Of a stretch of 64,000 nucleotides of DNA, positions 55,801-64,000 are shown piece by piece. How positions within the stretch are numbered: position 1 is the first letter of the stretch; each line of letters starts with the position of its first letter. This DNA is from Chrysomallon squamiferum (taxonomy: Eukaryota > Animalia > Mollusca). A program made the position numbers and the translations under genes. Location of the stretch: assembly GCA_012295275.1 (NCBI GenBank), contig CM022665.1, forward strand, positions 33,976,001 through 34,040,000. The letters are read 5' to 3'. Under the pieces are notes generated by a model, which was not told where the DNA came from, made no database searches, and worked only from the letters and a program-made list of their open reading frames with translations.

Positions 55801-57059
55801 AGCTTCTCGAATGTCTGTTTTAGGTTTCTGTTCTGGACAGAAATCTGCGGTAAGGTCAGAGTTTGTGCCCATCTCTACCGTGCCTGAGTCATAATTGAAT
55901 ACGAGCATTTTAATTGTGTTTTCCCTATTGTGTCTTGTTTGCTTATAAAATGTAAATATTATTTCACGCTAATCATCCAGTGATAGATTACTTATTATGA
56001 TAGATTATTTTATAATGTTAATATTGCGAATCGTTTCGGCTGTGATGCATCAGTAAATGGTGTAGATAATAAGTATCTGATGAACGATCTTTAAATACTT
56101 GTTCGCAATAATTAAGTTATTTTTACCGTTCACGGATTTGTAAGTATATTTACTCTAATATATAACAAACACACATATATAAATACATACATATATAGAT
56201 ACATACATAAATATATATAAGCATTTAATAATTTAAATATGTAACATATCATTCAATAATATGTTATTTAATACTATTTGTATATGACATCTTTTAATCA
56301 TTTTAAATTATTAATGTCACTTAGCAGCGTCTATGTTTGACGTATTATTTAAATCTGATATTTGTATCATGTGTGTGTGTGCGTGTATGTATGTATCTAC
56401 AGAATACTTATGTATCTCATTTGACAACATTTATACTTAATGTTACATAACATATGCACGACATATATCCGAAATAATCACGAGTTACATGTAATATCAG
56501 AATGCAACAAACATCACTTTTTAAATACGAAATGTTGACTAAAATTATAAAAATAATTAAAATATACTTACATTTTAAAATACTATATGTCCTGTTTGTA
56601 TTATATATTTTTGTTACTATATCATGAAATAAGTGTCTGAAATAAACAAAAACAAAAGTCGTTTTAAAAACTTTCACTAGTTATAATTGATTGATTAATC
56701 TGTTTCATTGTTTTCATCCAGTTACGTCATTTCCTAGCTGAACAGTTCTCTTGTGTAGTCTGCTGCCACTCAATTGGTTTTAATCATTGACTCATTGTGG
56801 CATATTGTCCTTGACACATGATCAAAAACGGTCGATTGTGTCCGTCATTTCTCTCGCGCTATTTCACCGATTAGTATCGTCGTCTGCCTTTCGTTCTTGT
56901 TTATTTCAAACTCTTTATTTTGTGCTTTGAGTTTATTAGTCATGTTGTTTAAAGATTACGCAGCCTCTGAATGATCTGAAATGAAGCAGTTATGGTAATT
57001 ATAGGGTTTTTTTAATTTTAAAATTATTATCGTTGGTTTTATTTTTGTTGTTGTTACAA

Positions 57060-57088
57060 TTATTATCATCATTTATTATTATTATTAT

Positions 57089-57121
<33 letters not shown>

Positions 57122-57255
57122 AAGTAGCAGTAGTAGTAATGATAGCTGTTGTAGTTTAGTACTAGTAATGTAGTAGCTGTAGCAGCAGTAGCAGTAGCAG
57201 TAGGAATTTCGGTGTAATAGTAGTGGTGTAATAGTGGTTGTAATAGTAATGGCAT
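57060..57255. repeat. (TTA)n/(TAG)n/(CAG) compound microsatellite
   Basis: Read directly from the sequence. Confidence 0.9.
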
Positions 57256-57294
57256 TGTTAAAAATATTGCATTAATAAGAATCCAGAATATAAA

Positions 57295-57809
57295 TTTCTT
57301 GCTTTGAGTTGCGAGCTAAAATCCGAGTGACGAGCCAGTTGGCACGACGAACAACACAACATTCGCCCAACATCCCGCCTTTCACTCGTTTGCTTCACGC
57401 GGTTACCTCGCCGTGGAAACATCTCTGTTGTGTTATGCTCACGATTTATGCAGTATTTTGCCAAATTACCATGGATCCTAAGAAAGTTAGTGCAAAGGAC
57501 AGTGCTGAAAAGAAGAAGTGGATGATGTCCATTGAATTAAAGTATGAAATCATAGAAAAACATGAGCGAGGTGAGCGTGTAGTTAACATGGCTAGGCATT
57601 ACAAGCGTAGTAATTTTTCGATATGTACCACACTGAAGCAGAAGGAATCGATAAAGTCTACAACTCCAGCCAAAGGCGTTAAAATAATTTCTACGCTGCG
57701 GAGCTCTGTCCATGAAAAGATTTTTGGAAAATTGATTTGATATACGAGCAAGTTTGAGTTACGAGCTCGGTCACGGAACGAATTAAACTCGTAAGTCAAG
57801 GTAGCACTG
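57295..57809 (+). mobile_element. Internally deleted Tigger/pogo DNA transposon lacking the 5' TIR
   Basis: The 3' end ...GAGTTACGAGCTCGGTCACGGAACGAATTAAACTCGTAAGTCAAGGTAGCACTG|TA is a CAGTG(C/G)TACCTTGACTTACG-type TIR with the TA target site. Subterminal GAGTTGCGAGC/GAGTGACGAGC repeats lie near 57306-57335. Confidence 0.9.
57471..57740 (+). pseudogene. Truncated Tigger (TIGD1-like) transposase: CENP-B N-terminal/psq-type HTH only
   Basis: MDPKKVSAKDSAEKKKWMMSIELKYEIIEKHERGERVVNMARHYKRSNFSICTTLKQKESIKSTTPAKGVKIISTLRSSVHE is a typical Tigger N-terminal HTH. It then runs into the 3' terminal sequence. Confidence 0.9.
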
Positions 57810-57853
57810 TATTTTGAATTTTGCTTATTGTATTGCATGCTTACAATGCTTCA

Positions 57854-57854
<1 letters not shown>

Positions 57855-57916
<62 letters not shown>

Positions 57917-57965
57917 ATAAAAAGATACATAGATACATAGACACATAGACAGACAGATGAATAAA
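57855..57965. repeat. (AAT)n and (ATAG/ACAG)n microsatellites
   Basis: Read directly from the sequence. Confidence 0.9.
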
Positions 57966-60335
57966 CAAATAATCCACCAATTTCAAATAAATTATAATCA
58001 GTAATGACATAGTGTCAAATAATGTATTTCATTTTCTATTACAAATTTTATAAAAATGAAAAGAATAATATCTTTATTTTGAAATATATTTGAATTGTAT
58101 ATAAGTTTAGAGAAAAGTCTTGTTTGTGTAATACAGTTAAAAAGTGAAAAAGTTCATAATAATAATGATGATAATAATAATATTATTATTTTTTGTTCTT
58201 GTTGTTGTTGCTGCTGCTGCTGTTGTTGGTATTACTATTGTTATTATCATCATCATTGTTATTGTTGTTATATATTCATAATCGTTATTATTTTTATATT
58301 AATTCAGAGAATGTCAGGTATAAAAATTTATATCCAAAAGTTACATTATTGATAAAATACTGATTTTTTAAATTATATTTAATTGTTGTTTTTGCTGCTA
58401 CCTTTAATGTATAAAAATTGTTATTTATTTCTTACCTTTGTGTTAAACACGTCAAAAAATTATGTAATTTTTCATCGCATCAACAATATTATAAGCCTGG
58501 GGAGAACGAAGTCATCGAATTTTGTGATTCTAAGTAACAGTTTAACTGTTGTTATTCTGAATTATTATTATTATTATTTGTTGTGTTTTTATTATTTATT
58601 ATTTTTTTATTTTATTATTTTTATTATTATTTTTTGTTTTTTATTTTTTATTTGTTTTTGTCTGTTGAAGTATGTGTTAAAAACTATGTTGAACACAAAA
58701 TTGTAGAGTATGTAAACGCAGGATTTTAGTGTTAAAAGTAATATTTAGTGTACGTTATGTATTTATGATTTTAATAAATATTAAACTTAGGATTTAGTGT
58801 ATATTATAACACAGGATATCAGTAAATATTAGACACAGAATTTAATATATATATATATATATATATATGTTATTCTTATGATTTGTCAATAATTATAATT
58901 GTAGGGATTTATTATTTATTTTATGCGTTTACTGAAATTACAAGTTTTTCTATTAAAAGACTAACGTTTCTCAGACTATTCACTTAGGAAATTTTTATGC
59001 ACGTTAAAAACACTGCACATACCACGTTTAAAATGACCTTCACATTTCTTAAGAGACAAAAATGTCCATAAATTAGAAAAACAAAACGTGTTTAGCTAGG
59101 ATTAAACCACTTTGTTAGTGAGTACTAACTTAAAATGTTAATTTCGATTTTGTTTTAAGTTCACTTTTACAATAAACATCCAAATCACGTTTTAAGACTC
59201 AAATGTTCAAACTGAAATGTTTGAGAATATAAAAGATATATATATATATATATATAAGTAAAGGAAAATAAAGTGCATTATCATTGCGGAGAAATAAAAT
59301 AATAATAATAATTAATACCAGTGGTGGTAGTGGTTGAGATAATGATGGGAAATGGGTTCTTATTAAGGACATAAATAAACATCTGCAGAATTTTTAAAAT
59401 AAATCATTTAGCTGTTTTACTAGAATAAAATATTCCATGTAAAAATATCTCGTATATAAAAAGTGTAGAATGTTTTTTAAGATTTAAAATATTAACTATA
59501 CATTATTTTATTATACAGTATTATACGCGAAATTAATATGTAAAGCAGATTTATAACATTTAAGTGTTTATATTCATATAAAACGCATTCTGTATTTTAT
59601 AATTGTGTAGATAATCAAGTATTTTAATAACATTTATCTAGGGAGAATACAGCAGGCACTGAAATGTAATGTTTAAAAAAACCAATAAGATGAAAATCCA
59701 ACAGGCTTTTGTAACATAATTTTGAAAAATATTAACTGATAAATTCAAATAAATTATTAAAAAATATCTTGGTACATCTAACATCGTTCTTAATTTTAGA
59801 TAAAAATAGTATTAAAGAAAACAGTCTTGAAATTTGAAGCTTAAATATATTAACTGGAAAAAATAAAATAATAAGTCTTAAATGTATCGTATTAAAATAT
59901 AAGATGGTAATTATCCAGAAGGCCTTGAAATGTGATGACACACACACAAATATATTTATATATATATATATACATATTGTCTGTGTCGAGGAAATGTTAG
60001 CAGTTATGTTTACGTTTATTTCATTTTGATTGCTTTATCCTACGAATTGGTCTACCAACAGTTTAGCAGCTCACACCTGCCTATAATGTCTAGAATGTGC
60101 CATTCTCTACTCAGGTCGTAAATCAGTGAGAAACGCAAGTCCAATACCTGGCTACCGTGTGGACACTCGGCTGTCCTAGACATGTCTCGCCTACAACGTT
60201 TTTGTTGGACGTTTTAAAATTGCAGAATCAATTGCGCGACGTGATAGATTAGTCTTACGTGATTCTAAGATCCTCGCGATTTTATAATGTACAAATTTAT
60301 TTCAGTACGTACAACAAAGTAATTATTGTTATATA

Positions 60336-60345
60336 GTGTGTGTGT

Positions 60346-60391
<46 letters not shown>

Positions 60392-60412
60392 CGTCCGTGT
60401 GTGTGTTTGTGT
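60336..60412. repeat. (TG)n microsatellite
   Basis: Read directly from the sequence. Confidence 0.9.
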
Positions 60413-63400
60413 GTTCGTTTTGATCAGTATCTTCTGCTGTAAAAAGCTTATTTATAAATCTAAAATTAACGAATACTAAATGCGGTGGTACATTTATAAT
60501 TAAATATCGATTTACAAGCAAACAAAATTTAAAGCAGACCTGCCACTATTAATTTATAGATCGCAGAAGCTACCTTTTACAAGGTATGGTTCATTTTCAG
60601 CGACATACTGCGAGGGGAAAACAAATCTAAGCGGAGATTCTAAGTGTAGAAACACTGGGTTTTTTGTGTAAATCTTTTACATTGCTGTACACTGGTGAGT
60701 GATGAGGAAGCTATCTTATCACACATTCAGCGGCTGTACTTCTCAGAGCTAAATCTTTAAGGATTTATAGTTGACACCGTGTGTTGTTGTCGTTTTATTG
60801 GCCCTGTACACTTCTGGGTTGACGCGACGTACAGAATTCTCTCAAAGCTTTATTAGCAATGCCACACTTTCTGGTTGATGCGTTGTGCTGTTTTTGTTTT
60901 ATTATTGTCCTTCCACACTTTTCTCCCCGACGTGCTGTACCTCTGAACACATTTTGTGTTGTTGTTTTATTGCCAACATTTTAAAATGAAATGAAATAAT
61001 TTATCTGGGAATTTCAGGAATGATACGAACGCTAAACTTATGGAGAATATTAGTATGTCTCTTTTTTGCGGCATATAGTTGTTTATAGGTAACCACAGTT
61101 TTTGGCTGGTAACTAATTTAATGGCAGATTATATTTGTTTGTTTGTTTGTTTGTGATTGGTAGAAATATGAAAAAAAGAGCCCATTCAGACTTGTTCTTC
61201 TGAAGTCTAGATAGTGTACAGTTACGTTGTTGCTGAACAACGTTTAAACATCTAGTGGTTGTGACATTCTTTATTCAGGTAAAAAACAAACAAAGCTTTT
61301 AATCTCCAGTGTTATGCTTTTAGTCGATGTACCTTTATTGGAAATATGTTTTCCTTTGGTATTATTGTTAGTGTAATTGTAAGTCTAACGTTTAATAGTA
61401 ATAGTAATAGTAGAAGAAATAGCAGCGGCAGCAGTAATCATAATTACAGCCATAATGATGATGAACATCATAATCATCATTATTTTCATTATATCCTCCG
61501 TCAATACATTAAATTATTTATTTTTTCCATTTTTTTATATTTTTTTATTATTCAGTTACTTCATTTGTTTCAGTCGTTATCGAATCTATATTTGAGAATA
61601 ATTATCAAGTGTATTCAACGTCATTTACAGTATAGAAAAACTAAGCTGTCTAAAGACACAGACTGAATTAAATTAAAATAAATACAGAGAAAAGAAATGT
61701 TCAGACAGATCAGACCCTGCGTGTAAAAAACGACTAAATGCGAATGACTATGTTGTTAACGTTAATAGTGTGTCCATCACCTGTTACCACAATAACTCAC
61801 TGAAAGATGTTATTTAAAGTGTAATCAGTGCTACATCGTCTATTTTCTTTCAGCTTAGAGCCTTTTTTTTTTTTTTTTTTTAGCAGTTAGATCTTATAAT
61901 GAAAATCATAGTTAATTATTGAACCATGACCAATAATTGCTTTTCGATTCGTGCAATTCCGGCCGTTTGCCCGTTTTAAAATCGTAGATACTGTTAGTGT
62001 TTTGTATACAATCTAAATTATATTTATCGTACATCCTTGAGGTTGTAATACGCTTCACTAAATATTTTTTCATTTGAATGTTATGAAAGAGGCCGTGTGC
62101 CTCAACAAGCGCGTCATTGTGCTATGTACAATTGTAGGGTGTACGTTCTCTGATGGCCTCTCCACTTGGCAGTTAACTGATGGCTTTTTGATATACTGCA
62201 TTTGCCTGCCAACCTTTGACTGGAAAGACATTTATTATACACTCTCATTCAAGTGGTCGAGTTATTATGAGCGCTTTAAAGCCGTTACCAAACCTTCAAT
62301 TATGACGCAAACAAATGCACGATAAATGGCCGTAAAGCGACAGTAGCGATAGTTAACAACATTCATCTGCGCATATGCCTTTTCCGTTTGGAACCGTGAA
62401 GAGTTCTCTAGAAGCATCATTTTCGTTTATTATTATTTTTTTAAGTACCTGTTTCTTCTGTTTAGTTTCACCTGAAAGTCTTAAAAATGGCAAACAGTGA
62501 AATATACTGCGCATTACAAAAACATAAGGAGATATTTTTTTAGAATATCGATTTGCTTGAAGTGAGCTGCTTTCTTCCTGACGTCATTGCTCACGTTCAT
62601 CACTAACTACTGAATTTGACAAAATAATAATAATAATAATAATAACAATAATAATAATAATAATCAAAATAAATAAATAAATTAAGAATATAAAGATTTG
62701 AGACATCTTGTTAAAAGATAGCACGTATTTCATGTAAATAATCCTTTCTTCAGTTTTAGATATCACGTCCTAAATGTTTTCTGCTAAAGAATTTATTCTT
62801 ACTTTCACATTTATTTTTATTTTCCTTTATCATTAACCCTATTCGAACAAGCTGTGTACAAACGCGATTAATCACCTAAATGGACGAAAGAAGCAAAAAT
62901 AAATTCTTACACATAGAGGGAAGGGGGTGTTGTTAAATCTCTTTCACTGATATATTGTATTTAGGCTTACTTATAAAATTGTATTTAAACTGCAGAATAT
63001 TTGATTAAAATATTTAGTTGATAAATCAAACGATTATTGGTTAACGTTCCAAGCAAAAGAAGAAAAAAGCATAAAAACACAATAAAAAGTGTTCAAAATA
63101 CACTAGCCATATCCGAAATTCTAGTTTATTTCCAAAAGGCATCGATTTTAGCAAAAATTTGCTGTTCGAAGACATAACAAAATAAATTTCTTTGCGAATA
63201 CTTTACGCAGTCTAAGTGGCTATTTTTACGTTGGTATTTTTTTCCTCTTTCTTTCTTTCTTTCTCTTACTGTAAACACATTATAGTCATAACTAGTAAAA
63301 TAATCATGTAAATGCTACACGAGTTAGGTTTGTCTTTTTTATTATTATTATTATTTTCATACATCACTGATTACACCATATTTATATTTGTTTTTGAAAA

Positions 63401-63905
63401 TATGTTTTCTCGGGGAAAACAAATGAATCGTATTTATTTGGCACTGTCATGGGTTTTTTCAATAAAAATGCAAACATTTGTATAAATGTATTTATTTTTT
63501 AAATAAAATAATGTATAAAAATGAAATTTTAAATAGCTTGTTATTTTCTGCAACTGTTTTCAAATTATTACAATTTGTATTCGTGTTATAAACATGCGTC
63601 TTTGTGAAACGATGTAGGAATGGTTTTGTGAACAGCAGAAACAGTTGGCTTTATGGTTTTATTATTATTATTCTATTTTATTTTATTTTACTGGTATACC
63701 TGAACCTATATAAAACAATACGGTTATTTTTCCTTATGTATAATGAAAACGTAATTGTTTTTCTGTTAAATTTAGCTGTGACCAAATCAAACTCAGATCC
63801 CCGAATTACCACTCTGAGTTTTTCACTGCACACAGTAATTTATCTGTTAGTCTGAGAAGATTGCTTTATATCTCATAATGTTATTACTGCCACAAACCTA
63901 AAAAT

Positions 63906-63908
<3 letters not shown>

Positions 63909-64000
<92 letters not shown>
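63909..64000. repeat. (CT)n microsatellite running off the window end
   Basis: Read directly from the sequence. Confidence 0.97.

Overview
AT-rich, microsatellite-dense eukaryotic DNA from an animal. It is most likely an invertebrate, plausibly a mollusc, but that is inferred only from composition and repeat types. Nearly all ORFs in the supplied track are low-complexity artefacts. The only convincing host coding sequence is missing from the track: a spliced terminal exon at 10204-10317 (+) encoding the last WD40 repeat and tail of an F-box/WD40-like protein. The first ~14.6 kb (last intron and 3' end of that gene) is strongly CpG-depleted. The rest of the window has abundant CpG, which suggests a gene-body methylation boundary. 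The remaining ~49 kb looks like a gene-poor regulatory region with short CpG-containing, motif-rich islands. It contains an internally deleted Mutator-like element with both TIRs and FLYWCH/MULE remnants (39.8-40.9 kb), a deleted Tigger/pogo element (57.3-57.8 kb), a further Tigger-type end and a tRNA-Arg-derived SINE; another Tigger-type end lies in the WD40 intron. I found no evidence for a novel multi-gene system, and the findings below are modest structural observations.
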